64,000 nt of DNA. Source: Mobula hypostoma. Lineage: Eukaryota. Location: the NCBI RefSeq assembly GCF_963921235.1, contig NC_086097.1:224132001-224196000 (forward strand). The letters run 5' to 3'. A model generated the notes under the pieces. It saw only the letters and a program-made list of their open reading frames with translations. It did no database searches and had not been told where the DNA came from. Position 1 is the stretch's first letter. Each line of letters starts with the position of its first letter. The translations under genes were made by a program, and so were the position numbers. Shown here one piece after another: positions 11,751 through 26,044 of this stretch.

Positions 11751-14575
11751 TGTCCAGCCAGTGTGTTGACCAGACTCTGTACGTTCAACGTCTATTCTGC
11801 ACAATCAAGTTAGAGTTCATGAGCAATGTATTGATCTTTGTAGGATATGTTCTACCTTGTTCTGAAGTATCACCTTGGGCTTTCCTGCCTTAACTAAAGA
11901 TTTTTTTGTTAAAAGAGGTGTCTTAATTTGTTTTGTATGCTCGGTAAGTTTGTACATTTACTTTCTTGCAATGTACTTTCCAGCTTTCAATATTTATTAC
12001 TTGGGCATGCATAAGAGAAAATCAAGAGTTGAAGAAATTTAACACACTTGTAGTAAAATTCTGTTTTTTAAACAAAAAAGCATTTGCCTATCTTTGTTAT
12101 AGCTTTAAGACAGTTCAGATGTGCACGAGGATGCAGTATTGTTCCTATAATGAATTCTCCTCTCAAACTCTGTCATCTTCCCTTTTATACATAATACTTA
12201 AAAGGGCTAGAGCTGATCATTCATTTCAGATTTCTCCTTTCCCCTGTCTGCTACATCAGTTAATGCTTTTCTACCAGAACAAGTCCAAAAAAATTAAGAA
12301 CCTCAATAGGACATTCTGTCCTTCATATCTGCTTTGCCCTTAAGCATTGATCTTTTACCTCAGTGCTACTTGTTCTGATCCCATATCCCTTAATATGGTA
12401 ATATCTACCTTGAATAAACCCCAGAAGAGCGTGGAACAAGACTCCACCCTCCTTTGGGCTAGGGTGAGGAGGAATTCCAAAGATTCAATATCTTCTGGGT
12501 GAAGACATTTTTCATATCCTGTATGGCTCTCTTTGATTGTATCCTGGTTCCAGAGAACACGTGTGGAAACACCACTTCTGTAAGCTATCTTGTGAATTCC
12601 TGCTAGCAATTTATATACTTCAATTTGATCACTTTTTGCATAGAAAAGGTCCATTTTGGTTAATCTCTCCCTGGTACAACAAAAGCCATGACCAAGGAAT
12701 CAACTGATACTCCTTGATCACCAGTAGAGTAGAACACACTAATCTGGGATCTCAATGGTTTAGCATCTGGCTCATCAGGTAATATTTACCGAGCTGCCTT
12801 TGCATCTGTGGGGGTGGGGGGCACTGAAAAATTATTATAATAAAAAAGAAAGGTGCAAAGGCCTTAGCAGGAAACTCAATTTCTTTAAAATGGGGAGAGA
12901 ACCATAGTTTTTATTCCCTGGAAGTTATAATGTTAAAAAATAAGTTTCACCATCATTTTCAAGAATTTGAGGAGAATTGCTAGGGAAAGAAAGTGTATCT
13001 ATTTCTGGCACTTGTGTTTGGGGAAGGTGCATTGTTGGTGCTGTTGTTTTAAGAAGAACCAAATCTTTTGTTAGTGTAATTAGGAAAAAAACTGCATGTA
13101 AAGAGTGGTAAAAGTTAGGAATTTCATTTGTCTATAACAGTTGATGCTATGTTAATTGTTAGGTTTAGCAGAGAGTGATAGATTAACCATAAACTTTAAG
13201 GGGTAAGTAGATCATCATTCTGTAATAACCTTTGATTGTTGGACAGAGTTATTGGACTAAATGACCTGCTTTTTGTATTGGTGAATACAAATTGGGTTAA
13301 TGTAATCTCTGAGTAACTTAGCTCTTGGTGAATATATGTTGCATTTCTTCCAATGTCAATATTTCCTTTCCAGTTTGTGTTGCCAGAACATGGAATAATG
13401 TTATCCCAGAAGATGGAAGCTCTCTATGATGGCTTGGCTGATTGAAAAGTTCACTTCATTGTATTTCTGCACACTGTTGGAAGCAGAGCAGCAAAATGCA
13501 TGCCCAGCAAGCTGTTTATTAATTGCTATCCTGTCGTTTCATCAGAGAGAAAGGAGGAGCAATGGAAAGGAGAGGCTGACAATACCAGTTATCAATCTAT
13601 AAAGGCATCGACTGTCAGTTGAAATTATTAGTGTGGCCGGTAGGTGGTGATCCTGAAATTAGTTTTCATCAAAAAATGTTGTTTTGCAAATCACAATCTT
13701 AAACTGCGAGTGGTACTGTTAACATGTTGATGGAACGGTTCAGGAAAAAACTCTTGTATCAGCCTAGTCATATCCTCACCAAGGAGTGGATTTGAAAATA
13801 AAGCAGAACATTGCAACTCATAGCTTGTAGAAGTGACCTGATTCAGGCGAGAACTCACTTCATATAAAATTGTTTTATTGTGAAGCACATTAACACATAG
13901 TTCCTTGAGTCTGTAAATAGCTTCATGTTGTCTGAAGTTTCATACATTTGTGCAGTCATCACTGACTGGTTCATAGAACTGTGGTGTAAAGTATATGGCT
14001 GTTTGCAAAATAGATCTATTAACCAAGGTCCTATCACGTCTCTCAAGAGCACCAAACCTATCATCAAGGAAATCAGGTTCTTCATGCTGAGCTCATCTCA
14101 GTGGAAACTTAATTCTCGATGACTGTTTGTACTTAATCTTTACCCCGAAATACTCTAACTTTCTATAATTATTCTCAGTTCATGGACTGAAGTTATTTTT
14201 TAACCCACATCATTGTATAGAGGCCAGTGTTGGAGTTTGTTCTAGAGCACAGGTCTGTAGCGTTACTGACTGTAGCTTAGAACCATTGCTGTAAACCAGT
14301 GTTCCCTGACTAGATTAAAGATGAAATCTATATTGTCTGGGATCTTGGGAGGTGGATGTAAACGCCTCTGAGTGAATTATTGTAAGTGACACAGCTTTCA
14401 CTCTTGCATTCTTACTGCTATAACAGTTCAAGATTTCCTTTACTGATTAATTGACACTAGCATTCATAACAGATTTAGTCCAAGTTGCAGAACTTTAACA
14501 TCATTATTTGGTGTGGCACCATTTAGCTATTGTTAGAAATTGCCAAACCACAGACGCCAGCTCTTACCTTATTAT

Positions 14576-16200
14576 AGAAACATAGAAAACCTACAGCACA
14601 ATACAGGTCTTTCAGCCCACAAAGTTGTGCCGAACATGTCCTGAGGAATTACCTAGGCTTAGCTATAGCCCTCTATTTTTCTAAGCTCCATGTACCTATC
14701 CGGGAGACTCTTAAAAGACCCTATCATTTCTGCCTTAACCAGCACCACCGTGCACTCACCACTCTCTGTTTCTTAGAAAAACAAACAAAAAAAAAACCAC
14801 TTACCCCTGACATCTCCTTAAAACTATGCCCTCTCGTGCTAGCCATTTCAGCCCTGGGAAAAAGCCTCTGACTATCCACACGATCAATGCCTCTCATCAT
14901 CTTGTACTCCTCTATCAGGTCACCTCTCATCCTCTGTCGCTCCAAGGAGAAAGGGCCGAGTTCACTCAACCTATTCTCATAAGTCATGCTCCTCAAACCA
15001 GGCAACATCCTTGTAAATCTCCTCTGCACCCTTTCTATAGTGAGGTAGCCAGAACTGAGCACAGTACTCCAAGTGGGGTCTGACCAGGGTCCTATGTAGC
15101 TGCAACATTACCTCTCGGCTCTTAAACTCAATCCCATGATTCATGAAGGCCAATGCATCGTATGCCTTTTTAACCACAGAGTCAACCTGCACAGCTGCTT
15201 TGAGCGTCCTATGGACTCTGACCCCAAGATCCCTCTGATCATTCACACTGCCAAGAGTCTTACCATTAATACTATATTCTGTCATCATATTTGACCTACC
15301 AAAATGAACCACCTCACACTTATCTGGGTTGAACTTCATCTGCCGCTTCTCAGCCCAGTTTTGCATCCTATCAATGTCCTGCTGTAACCTCTGACAGCTC
15401 TCCACACTATCCACAACACCCCCAATCTTTGTGTCATCAGCAAATTTACTAACCCATCCCTCCACTTCCTCATCTAGGTCATTTATAAAAATCACAAAGA
15501 TTAAGGGTCCCAGAACAGATCCCTGAGACACACCACTGGTCACTGACCTCCATGCAGAATATGACCCAACTACAACCACTCTTTGCCTTCTGTGGGCAAG
15601 CCAGTTCTGCATCCACAAAACAATGTCCCCTTGGATCCCATGCCTGCTTATTTTCTCAATAAGCCTTGCATAGGGTACCTTATGAAATGCCTTGCAGAAA
15701 TCCATATACACTACATGTACTGCTCTACCTTCATCAATGTGTTTAGTCACAGCCTCAAAAAAAATTCAATCAGGCTCGTAAGGCATGACCTGCCTTTCAC
15801 AAAGCCATGCTGACTATTCCTAATCATATTATGCCTCTCCAAATGTTCATAAATCCTGCCTCTCAGGATCTTCTCCATCAACTTACCAACCACTGAAATA
15901 AGACTTACTGGTCTATAATTTCCTAGGCTATCTCTATACCCTTTCTTGCATAAGGGAATAACACCCGCAACTCTCCAATCCTCTGGAACCTCTCCCATCC
16001 CCATTGATGATGCAAAGGTTATCGCCAGAAGCCCAGCAATCTCCTCCCACACCTCCCACAGTAGTCCGGGGTACCTCTCATCCAGTCCCGGAGAGTTATC
16101 CAACTTCATGCTTTCCAGTGGGTCCAGCACATCCTCTTCCTTAATATCTACACGCTCAAGCTTTTCAGTCTGTTGTAAGTCATCCCTATGACCGCCAAGA
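14576..16200 (-). mobile_element. CR1 LINE, 5'-truncated, frameshifted RT
   Basis: ORFs 15747-16208, 14977-15750 and 14724-15062 (NYRPVSL, QHGFVKGRSCLT, KFADDTK), plus the 3' tail atagaaacatagaaaa. Confidence 0.92.
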
Positions 16201-16209
16201 TTATACATA

Positions 16210-16527
16210 TGAGGGGTGATTGATAAGTTTGTGGCCTAAGGTAGAAGGAGTCAATTTTAGAAAACCTAGCACATTTATTTTTCAACATCGTCCCTCCTAC
16301 GTTTACACACTTAGTCCAGCAGTTGTGGAGCACAGGGATCTTGGACCAACAGAAAGTGTCCACAGATGGGGTGATTAATAAATTCATGGCCTAAGGTAGA
16401 AGGCGATGTTATTAACTTCAAACTTTCTGTGTAATCACTCAAAGAATTGACCTTCATGTGCATTGAACAAGAGCTGTATAACTCATCTCCTTCTACCTTA
16501 GGCCATGAACTTATCAATCACCCCTCG
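16210..16527. mobile_element. Mariner-derived MITE
   Basis: About 40-bp TIRs gaggggtgattgataagtt(c/t)gtggcctaaggtagaaggag, TA flanks, an internal extra TIR copy and a transposase C-terminal remnant WTKCVNVGG. Confidence 0.88.
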
Positions 16528-17369
16528 TACATAAACACAATGCATAGTAGCATCTGTTTATATGCCCTTTCTTCCTAGTCTTGCCATTGTTGCTCATTAC
16601 TGTAATTGGATTATTTGGCTCCATCAATAAAATTAAAGAAACTTTCAGCACAGAAGAAGGAAGTTTGGTCTGTTGTGATGTTAAATTTATCAAAACTCCT
16701 TATTTTGACAGACCATATTAGTTCACCACTAATTCTCTTGCCACAAGGAGAAATTTGCAAACTTTCTAACCTTCCTTATATTTCCTGTTTCTTATCCTTG
16801 GAAATACCTGGAAGACCTGCTGTTAACATTTTTCCTGATGTGTGACGCTCACATTACTCCTGTTGCAACCTAGTCAGTAGTTTAAAAGGTTCTAGCACAT
16901 TTTGCTTTTATTCTATGACTTTGTTTATAATTGATGTGCTGTTATTTTTTATTTTATTTCGTGATGAAGCACAGAGTAGGCCTTCAAGACAACTCATCCC
17001 AACAATCCATTACAAACCAGATTAACCCTAACCGAATCATGGGACAATTTACAATGACCAATTAACCTGACTGGTACATCTTTAGACTTTGCGAGTAACT
17101 ACCCTTCCATTAATTTAAAAGCTGAAGTCAATTTATATGACATGATCCTTTGGCGTACAGAATTATAGCATGAATGTTGTCAGTATTTCATTAAATTGTA
17201 GAAAATAGAAAGCATGAAAATAACTAAGTACATTTTAAAAATATATATAATTAAAAGTAAACATTTGATAAATAAAATTCTGAAACTATTCCACATAGCT
17301 GAATAGATTACTATGATTGTCACATAATCTGAAGTGATATTAGAATCTACTACAGCATGAAAACACACC

Positions 17370-18093
17370 TTTTGGAGGGATCAGAAGTGGAGGGAGTGAG
17401 CAGTTTCAAGGTCCTGGGTGTCAAGATCTCTGAGGATCTAATCTGGTTCCAACATATCGATGTAGCTATAAAGAAGGCAAGACAGCGGCTATACTTTATT
17501 AGGAGTTTGAAGAGATTTGGCATGTCAACAAATACACTGAAAAACTTATATAGTTGTACTGTGGAGAGCATTCTGACAGGCTGCATCACTGTCTGGTATG
17601 CGGGGGCTACTGCACAAGACTGAAAAGAAGCTGCAGAAGGTTCTAAATCTGGTCAGCTCCATCTTGGGTACTAGCCTACAAAGTACCCAGGACATCTTCA
17701 GGGAGCGGTGTCTGTGAAAGGCAGCGTTCATTATAAAGGACCTCCAGCACCCAGGACATGCCCTTTTCTCACTGTTACAATCAGGTAGGAGGTACAGAAG
17801 CCTGAAGGCACACACTCAGCGATTCAGGAACAGCTTCTTCCCCTCTGCCATCGGATTCCTAAATGGACATTGAATCTTTGGGCACCACCTCACTTTTTAA
17901 AAAAATATATAGTATTTCTGTTTTTGCACATTTTTAAGATCTATTCTATATGCATATACTGTAATTGATTTACTTGTTTAATTATAATTTTATTTTTTTT
18001 TCTCTGCTGGATCATGTATTGAACTGCTGCTGCTAAGTTAACAAATTTCACGTCACATGCCAGTGATAATAAACCTGATTCTGATTCGGATTC
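17370..18093 (+). mobile_element. Rex1/Babar LINE 3' portion
   Basis: VSSFKVLGVKISEDL..KKARQRLYFIRSLK..YSCTVESILTGCITVWY, ending in the tail aataaacctgattctgattc. Confidence 0.88.
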
Positions 18094-18724
18094 TCCTTTA
18101 GCCCTCTGAGTCTGTGCTATCAAATTTCAGTATCCCTGCTTACATTCATCATATTTTCTCTCCCCTTTCCCATTGACTCACATCAAACGCTACACTCACC
18201 TACACACTAAAGACAATTTGCAATAGCTTATCAATTTAAAGGAAACCCATACAATGACAGGGACAGCATGCAAATTTAAGATTAAAGATTTAAGGATTAT
18301 CTTTGTTTGTCACATGTACACCCAAACATCAAAGTGAAAGAGAGTAATTAATGTCAATGACCAGTACAGTCCTAATACGTGCTGGGGTTGTCCCTCAAGT
18401 GTCACCATGCTTCCAGTGCCAAGATAGCACACCCACAACTTACTAACCCTAACATGTACTTCTTGAAATGTGGGAGGAAACCCATGCAGTGACGGAGATA
18501 AAGTACAAACTCCATGCAGACAGCGGTAGGAATTGACCTCTGATTGTTGGTGCTGTGCTGCCCTACAGAAGATCAGTCGAATTTTGTGAGATAATGGCTG
18601 TACTAGCTAAGCAACATAAAGTTAATGTAACTTAAAGTCAAAAATTGACAAAGTTATTGTAAATAATTCGAGAGTATAAAAATGTTTATCAAAATTGTGG
18701 AAGTGTTAAAAGATGTAGACTTCT

Positions 18725-19480
18725 GAAGTTGAAGTTCAGGTTTAATTAATCAACCATACATGCATACAGGCAAATTAAACAGTGGTCCTCCAGGGCCAAG
18801 GTGCAAAACACATTGGCAAAAGCACACAGTACACCACACGTAGCACAAATGGCACATATGGTTATGATTTCAGAGACATACAGTAACAAAAGATATATTA
18901 CATATAGCCTAAGTCCTTGAATGGCATGATGGTAAGTTGTCTTGATCCAGCTTGTTTTTCCACCTACTGGTCACTAGAGGGCAGCACCCACAGGCGGTGC
19001 CAGCTCCCGCCCCAGTACAGATTACAGCACAATCACAGGAGCCCCTGTTCTCTCCCACACTGCCTCTGGTGCCTGCACCGCTGGGTGGCTGTAACAGGCG
19101 ACCCTGAGGCGAGGGCTCTGTCACTGCCACAACCGAAGCAACGCATCTCCCTCAATATCAGTCTTGTCAAATGGTGGTAACAGTATTTCACGTTGCCAAT
19201 GTCCATCGGAGTCTTGTGATCACAATAAAAACAGTCTATGACAATGACACCATCTCAGTGCAACAGTATGCAACGAGTCCAGGTGACAACACGAAAACGG
19301 TAAGCAATAAGTCCAGCTCTCACTATTGAGCAACCCGATGATGAGATAGTCCTTCATATATGTTCTTCATAATCAGCGGTGAGTTGCAGTCATATAAAAG
19401 ACGTACAGGATGAACAAATACACCTTTGATTGGACCCGGATAGGCCACTGCGCCTGAGAGTGCTGTCATCTTATTTGGAA
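18725..19480 (-). mobile_element. Internally deleted LINE-like element (5' head joined to a Rex1-like 3' end)
   Basis: The minus strand starts ttccaaataagatgacagc and ends aattaaacctgaacttcaacttc; no long ORF. Confidence 0.45.
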
Positions 19481-19919
19481 TAGGGTATATTAGGAGATTG
19501 CTGGGAAAAAGAATAAACGTATGATATAAAGGAATGCAGTCTTAGAACACATTTAACAAAATAATAGGATTGAGAAGAATCATCAAGGATTTGTTAAAAC
19601 GTTATATTCAACTGATATTCTGGAGTTCTTTGAGAATAACGGAATATATAAAATTGGCGGGCTGCATTTGGAATTTCCGAAGACTTTTGATGGAGGTCCC
19701 GCACAGGAAGTTGATCGACAAGGTAAAGCATACCAAGTTGAAAATAATTTACTAAAATGGATTGATAATTGGTTATTGGACTGAAAACAAAGTGAGAAGA
19801 TAGCTCTTTCTAATGTAGGTAGGCTGTGACTAATGAGGTAGTGCAGGAATTGGTATCTGGGTCCCAAAAAAAAATCAATGATTTGGCTAAAGGAACTAAC
19901 TGTTAACCTGTCACCTTCT

Positions 19920-20120
19920 AGATAGCCTCCTACCGCACCCCACGCCACCCCTTCACCTTTTTATTCTGGCATCTTCCCCTTCCTTTTGAGTCCTGAAGAA
20001 TAGTCTCGGCCTGAAACGTTGGCTGTTTATTCATTTCCAGAGATGCTACCTGACCTGATTTACACCAGCATTTTGTGTCTGTTGCTCCGGGTTTCCAGCA
20101 TCTGCAGAATTTCTTGTGTT
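19920..20120 (+). mobile_element. Older PLE pLTR fragment with degenerate hammerhead (19989-20024)
   Basis: agtcctgaagaatagtctcggcctgaaacgttggct...ttccagcatctgcagaatttcttgtgt. Confidence 0.65.
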
Positions 20121-20329
20121 TATTACTGTTATATTTCTAGGTCTGATGAATCTACACAGCTAGGTGGAACTGTGAGTGAGGAGGAGGACGTAAGGAAACA
20201 TAAGCCAAGCGAATGGGTAAATTCGACGCAAGAAGGACAAATGTGAAACTATCCACTTTGCTGCACGTATGTCACAGAAGAAAAGTTAAATGTTGGCCGA
20301 TTCAGTAGTGCTACTGTTCAGGTCAGTTT

Positions 20330-20852
20330 TGTAAAGAAGTCACTAAAGTCAGTGTGCATGTGATTGAGAAGGAAAATGGCATTTTAGCCTATAATAAGAG
20401 AGGATTTCAGAACAGCAGTATAGATACTCTTTTGCAATTATAAAAGACCTTGATGAGTCCACCCCAAGACTACTGTGTACAGAGGTTTATAAGATTATGA
20501 GAGACATTGATAGAGTATCTGTTTCCCAGGGTTGAAATGTCTAACACCAGCAGGCATGCATTGAAGGTGAGAGGGGGTAGGTTCAAGGGGGATGTCAGGG
20601 GTAAGTTTTTTTACTCAGAGAGCTGTGGATGCCTGGGATGCCATGCCTGGCATGGTGGTAGAGGCAAATATGTTAGAGGCTTCTAAGAGGCATTTGGATA
20701 GGCACATGGATGTGAGGAAGATGGAGGGATATGGACATGGTGTAGGTAGGAGGGGTTAGTATTTGAGTGTTTTTGATTTGCTTTTTAGCTGATTCACACA
20801 ACAGTGTGGGTTGAATGGCCTTCCCTGTGGTGTATAGTTTATGTTTTATGCT
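20330..20852 (+). mobile_element. CR1 3' end fragment
   Basis: gaggtttataagattatgagagacattgatagagt...gaatggccttccctgtggtgtatagtttatgttttatg. Confidence 0.7.
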
Positions 20853-20865
20853 CTTATTATTATTA

Positions 20866-21502
20866 TGATTATGAGGACACGTAGTCCCCTTTTATTGTCA
20901 TTTAGTAATACATGCATTAAGTAATGATACAATGTTTTTCTAGAATGATATCATGAAGACACATGACAAACTGACTTAAAAACTAACAAAAACCACATAG
21001 TTATAACACATAGTTACAACAGTGCAAAGCAATACCGTAATTTGATAAGAGCAGACCATGGCACAGTAAAAGTCTCAAAGTCTCTCGAAAGTCCCATCAT
21101 CTCACGCAGATGATGAACCTCCAGTGCCGCCAACTTGCCGGTGCAGCATACTGGAAGCATCCGACCACAGTCCAACTCCGAGTCCATCTGAAAACTCCGA
21201 GCCTCCGACCACCTCTTTGACACCGAGCATTGAGTACCATCTCTGCCGAGTGCTTCGACCCAGCCCCGGCAACAGGCAATAGACAAAGCCGAGGATTTGG
21301 GGCCTTCGTCTCTGGAGATTCTCGATCGCACAGTAGCAGCGGCAGCGAAGCGGGCATTTCAGAAGTTACTTCAGATGTTTCTCTGCGCTTTTCACGGCTG
21401 TCTCCATCAAATCCGGATTGTGCACGGCCCCTAGTTACACATAATCGATATTCATTTGGAACGGCTGCGTGCGCTGCGTTGCGCCGCCATCTTCTCCTCC
21501 CT
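20866..21502 (-). mobile_element. Non-autonomous retroelement: GC-rich head with AAGATGGCGGC plus LINE-type tail
   Basis: Homologous to 45125-45735. The minus strand begins ggaggagaagatggcggcg and ends aaatgacaataaa...cataatc with a (taa)n tail. Confidence 0.65.
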
Positions 21503-22067
21503 CTTCAGAAGGAGGTCTATGTTTCTAAAAATGGATGTACTGCATTATAGCAGTCCAGGTAGCAGAAAATTGCCCTCAAAAATCCAAAATGTGGAATTAA
21601 AAATCACTAATATATGTCATTTCTTGCAAAGGTTATTTTATTTTCATCTTTCATTTCATGTGACGTGACTAGTCATTTTCAGTGTTGGCTTTATGTGTCT
21701 GTGCTACCAAATGTAAACTTTATGACTATAAATAGATTTGGAGATTCTCTTGTAAAACCATTAATCAATAGAACTCTTAAGTTCAAAATTAGCTGATGAA
21801 ACAGTAATATTTCGGTAAGATATACAACTGTAAAAGCCTATATCTAACAGTGGGCACAAAATCTTAGTAAGTCTGCACTTGAAATTTTGAGTGCTGCGCT
21901 TAGGGAACATTTTGAGAGGATGCTGAGCATACAACGGACATCAGATGCAGCCTAATTTGATGAAATAGAAATACGGAGAAAAACTTCAAAATTTCAAGTG
22001 TTACTCTGTCGGGACACAGGAGATAAAGTTGTGATTTGTTAGAGCTGTTTAAAAGTAATGTTTTAGT

Positions 22068-22328
22068 AGGGTGGCATGTTAGCGTTGCAGTTAGCAAAGC
22101 GCTGTCACATCTCCAGAGACTGGCATTCATTTCCCGCTGCTGCCCGTAAGGAATTTCTGCATTTTGCCCATGACCGTGTAGGTTTCCTCTGGGTTCTCTG
22201 GTTTCCTCCCACATTCCAAAGGCATATGGGTCAGTAGATTAATTGGTCTCGTGGGTGTAATTGGGTGACACGAGCTTGTTGGGACGGAAGGGCCTGTTAT
22301 TGGGCTGTATCTCTAAATAAATAAAAAT
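22068..22328 (+). mobile_element. tRNA-derived V-SINE (HE1-like) with CR1-type tail
   Basis: tRNA-like head, V-domain ggtttcctctgggttctctggtttcctcccacattccaaa, tail gggcctg..gctgtatctctaaataaataaa. Related copies lie near 2165-2345, 5420-5625, 16950-17090 and 34550-34822 (minus strand). Confidence 0.75.
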
Positions 22329-23565
22329 ATGAAAAATAGATCACTATATATAGAAACAGAACTGTTTTCTGTGGCTGAGGGTTCTAGAGCACAAATACAA
22401 TATGCAAACCTCAAATATTCTATACTGGAATCTCCGGTGTTAGATTTGAATTCTTACAGCATGTATGGTTCTGCACAGATCATATGCAATGCACTCTGTC
22501 AAAAGCGCTTCATTTTGATTTTAAGCATAGGTTCATATACAACCATACTTTTGCAAAACTGATTCAACCATAAATAAAATTAGATCAACAAATGCTGTAG
22601 TTGAAAAAGCTTCTTTCTATATTTGGATCTTTATGTAGGCATGAATAAACATCTAATTGATCCAAGAACTATTGGACTTCCTGTGTATTTTTGGAAAAAT
22701 ATCAAAAGCTAACTGAATCATCACTCAGTGTCTAGGACGAGCAATGAATTGGTGATCGTTACAAGGCTTTCGTTTCTGTAGCTTTGTGTGACATGATTGT
22801 GAACACATACTGTCAAATAATGATAAATTTACAACCACTCTTGCAAGAAATTTTATGCTTAAATTGTGTGTTTTCTTGGGTTGCTATTTTATAAAGTAGA
22901 TAATAATAATACTGCTATGAATTTTTTCACAAAAATATTACTAATTATGTATTGACTACATCAGAAAATTACAGGCAACTGCTGAGCACCTGCATTTTGT
23001 AAACTTCTGAAATGTTGCTCCTTCCAGATGACAGCTCCCACTACACTAAAATGAATAATTGACAGATCACTGAAAACTGAATTGCGAGGAGTTTGTTGCC
23101 TGGAAATTTGATGGCGAATAGCATAATTTTGGGTGCCTATCAGTCACACAATCCACGAACAATAGTGGGCAAGACTCCCATGCGTTTTTCCAGTCAGAGT
23201 ACACTCTTCTGGCACTTTTGATTAGATTTCCCTGCTGGCATCACAAGTACATACCAGACACATTAAAAGTGATGATCTTTTTATTCAAATTAGGTTAAAG
23301 TGCATTTTAAAGGCCACTTTCTCAATTTTGGTGAGCCAGGTGCCTGAATAACAGTGTGCTGAACTTGTATGTGATTTAAAAAAAAGACTATGCAGAGCTT
23401 AGAAGTTATTGTTGCTTTGTCTTTTCATGCTGCTGGCTAATGGCTGGGCACTTTGCTATATGTTTCTGGAACTAGAACTTTTTTTTCTGATGGGTGCAAA
23501 CCTTGCTGTTAATGCACGCGTCTGATCCATCTCAGAGACGTGCATTACATTTACGGAGAATACTT

Positions 23566-24045
23566 ACTAGAATGTTACCTGGGTTTCATCAACCTAAGTT
23601 ACAGAGAAAGGTTGAACAAGTTGAGTCTTTATTCTTTGGAACGTAGAAGGTTGAGGGGGGACTTGATAGAGGTATTTAAAATTATGAGGGGGATAGATAG
23701 AGTTAACGTGGATAGGTTTTTTCCATTGAGAGTGGGGGAGATTCAAACAAGAGGACATGAGTTGAGAGTTAAAGAGCAAAAGTTTAGGGGTAACATGAGG
23801 GGGAACGTCTTTATTCAGAGAGTGGTAGCTGTGTGGAACGAGCTTCCAGCAGAAGTGGTTGAAGCAAGTTCGATGTTGTCGTTTAAAGTTAAATTGGACA
23901 GCTATATGGGCAGGAAAGGAATGGAGAATTATGGGTTGAGTGCAGGTCGGTGGGACTAGGTGAGAGTAGGAGTTTGGCATGGACTAGAAGGGCCGAGATG
24001 GCCTGTTTCCATGATGTAATTGTTATATGGTTATATGGTTATATA
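23566..24045 (+). mobile_element. CR1 3' end with (ttatatgg)n tail
   Basis: LSYRERLNKLSLYSLERRRLRGDLIEVFKIM..QRVVAVWNELP. Confidence 0.9.
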
Positions 24046-25351
24046 TCTCATAGACTGATCTCAGTTGTTGGTAACATGGTGGATCTGCCTTTGGCCTGGA
24101 AAACAAAGCTGAGTGACAGGAAAGGCAGCAGAGAGCAGGAACATTTGGAGTAAGAGGAGAATTTCCATTTTCATTTACATTTACATCATTTATTATTATA
24201 TTGTAATTTGTCCTTTACTGTGCCTATTGTCTTGTTTATTAATTATTGTACTGTCTTGCACTGTTTTGTGCAGTTTATGTAGTCCCGTCTAGGTCTGGTC
24301 TAATGTAGTTTTGTGTTGTTTCATGTAGCACCATGGTCCTGGAGGAATGTTGTTTCGTTTTTACTATGTACTGTACCAGCAGTTATGGTTGAAATGACAA
24401 TAAAAGCAACTTGACTTGACTTGAGAAGGCAGGACATATTGCAGAGGAGGTACTAGGCAACCTTCAGAAGGTAATTAGATAGCAGATTAACTATATTTTA
24501 CTAAAAACGTCTCTACAACACTTTCATTATGTTTTTGGACTTCACCCACACCAAAATGTTCGTATATGTTTATTAGTTTATAGCTCATTGTTGGACAGCC
24601 TTGTGATTCAGCCAGACACAGAACTCATGTTGTATGAAGTAGAATGCGGGCCAATGGAACAGCTCTTTCTCCTTTCTCCCAGTTATGGTGCCACGGTCTG
24701 TGAACTAACAGTCGTAGTTGGTATTTCAGCTGTACTTTTAACGCTATAACCCGTTTGCTCCCATTGCAGTTCATGCATGGCTGAGGTAACAGCTGAATTC
24801 TGCATTTTAATTTGTGCCCAGATTCTTGGAGCACTCTCAGCAGGAGCTCTTATTTAACTAGTTTATTAACACTTTATGCTTAGACTTTTAAATTAATAGC
24901 TTTTGTGTGGCTCATTTCAGGTAGTCACTTATTTAACTTCTGCACATCACTCCTGTTTTTCCTCCTGTGCCACAGTCAGGTCCAATCACTCAGCTTTTGT
25001 CCTTGCGATTTTCACCTGCTCTGCTCTCAGTCCTCTTCAGAGAATCATAGAAAAGTAGAGCACAGAAACAGGCCCTTTGGCCCATCTAGTCCTCTCCTAG
25101 CCATTTAACCTGCCTACTCCCATTGACCTGCAGTGGGACCATAGTCCTCCATACCCTTACCATCCATGTACCTACCCAAACTTCTCTTAAACGTTGAAAT
25201 CGAGCTCGTGTGTACCGCTTGTGCTAGGTGAAGAACTTTCCCCCTCACGTTCCCCTTAAACTTTTCAACTTTCACCCTTAACACATGGCCTCCAGTGTTA
25301 TTCCCACCCAACCTCAGTGGGAAGAGCCTGCTTGCATTTACCCTATCTATA

Positions 25352-26044
25352 TGTAAGGGGGTTTCGTCTCTTATGTTACTGTGTAGGCTAATTAAAATGG
25401 CTTCTTTGTTATGTTATACTTGTGAATGCTTCTTTATGTTAAGCGCTGAGAAAATCCTTCCCACTAGCAGTTTGTTGAATCACGTTACTGATAAGGGGAT
25501 GTTATGAACCAATTGGGATAGTTGTTATGTTTTTGGTGTATTTGAAGATATTGTATGCGCGGGGTTTTGGGGGAGAAGGCGGGAGAGCGAGACGGAGGAT
25601 GGACCAGGTGCTGTGATGTCCGCTAACGGGGTCAGACCCTGAGGAGGGCGTTTGGCGAGGAGATGGAGACGGACTCGTGTGGAGCGTCTGGTCGACCACC
25701 GTTGTTGGTCCCAGGCGGCCGGTCGAAGTGGTCCGAGGGGTCGCAGGGTGAAAAAGAAGGTTCTTGAGCTCCAACGGTTTTGTGCACGAAGAGATTGAAC
25801 TTTGATAAGTGTGGCGCCTTTTATTTTCCTTTTATATTTTATTCTCTAATAATTGTATAGTTCCAGTGATATCTATAAACTGTAAATCATTTAATCATAT
25901 CTGGTGTATTGTCTGTTATTTGGGCAGGGTGGGGTACATCACACAGCATCCACACAAACTAATTACCCAGTTTGGCGGGGCTGAGGGTTGTTTCCCTAGA
26001 CGACAGCGAGCCGAGCGACCCTGAGGCTGGCCGGGGGGGCTACA
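25352..26044. mobile_element. Probable solo LTR inserted in a minus-strand CR1 3' fragment
   Basis: TGTA...TACA termini interrupt CR1 sequence (ccctatctata | tgtatacctc). The TSD is imperfect (tata/tgta). Confidence 0.65.

Noticed and set aside
25811..25817. TGGCGCC as a retroviral primer-binding site
   Set aside because: The match is only 7 nt, is not preceded by an LTR CA end and is not followed by gag sequence.
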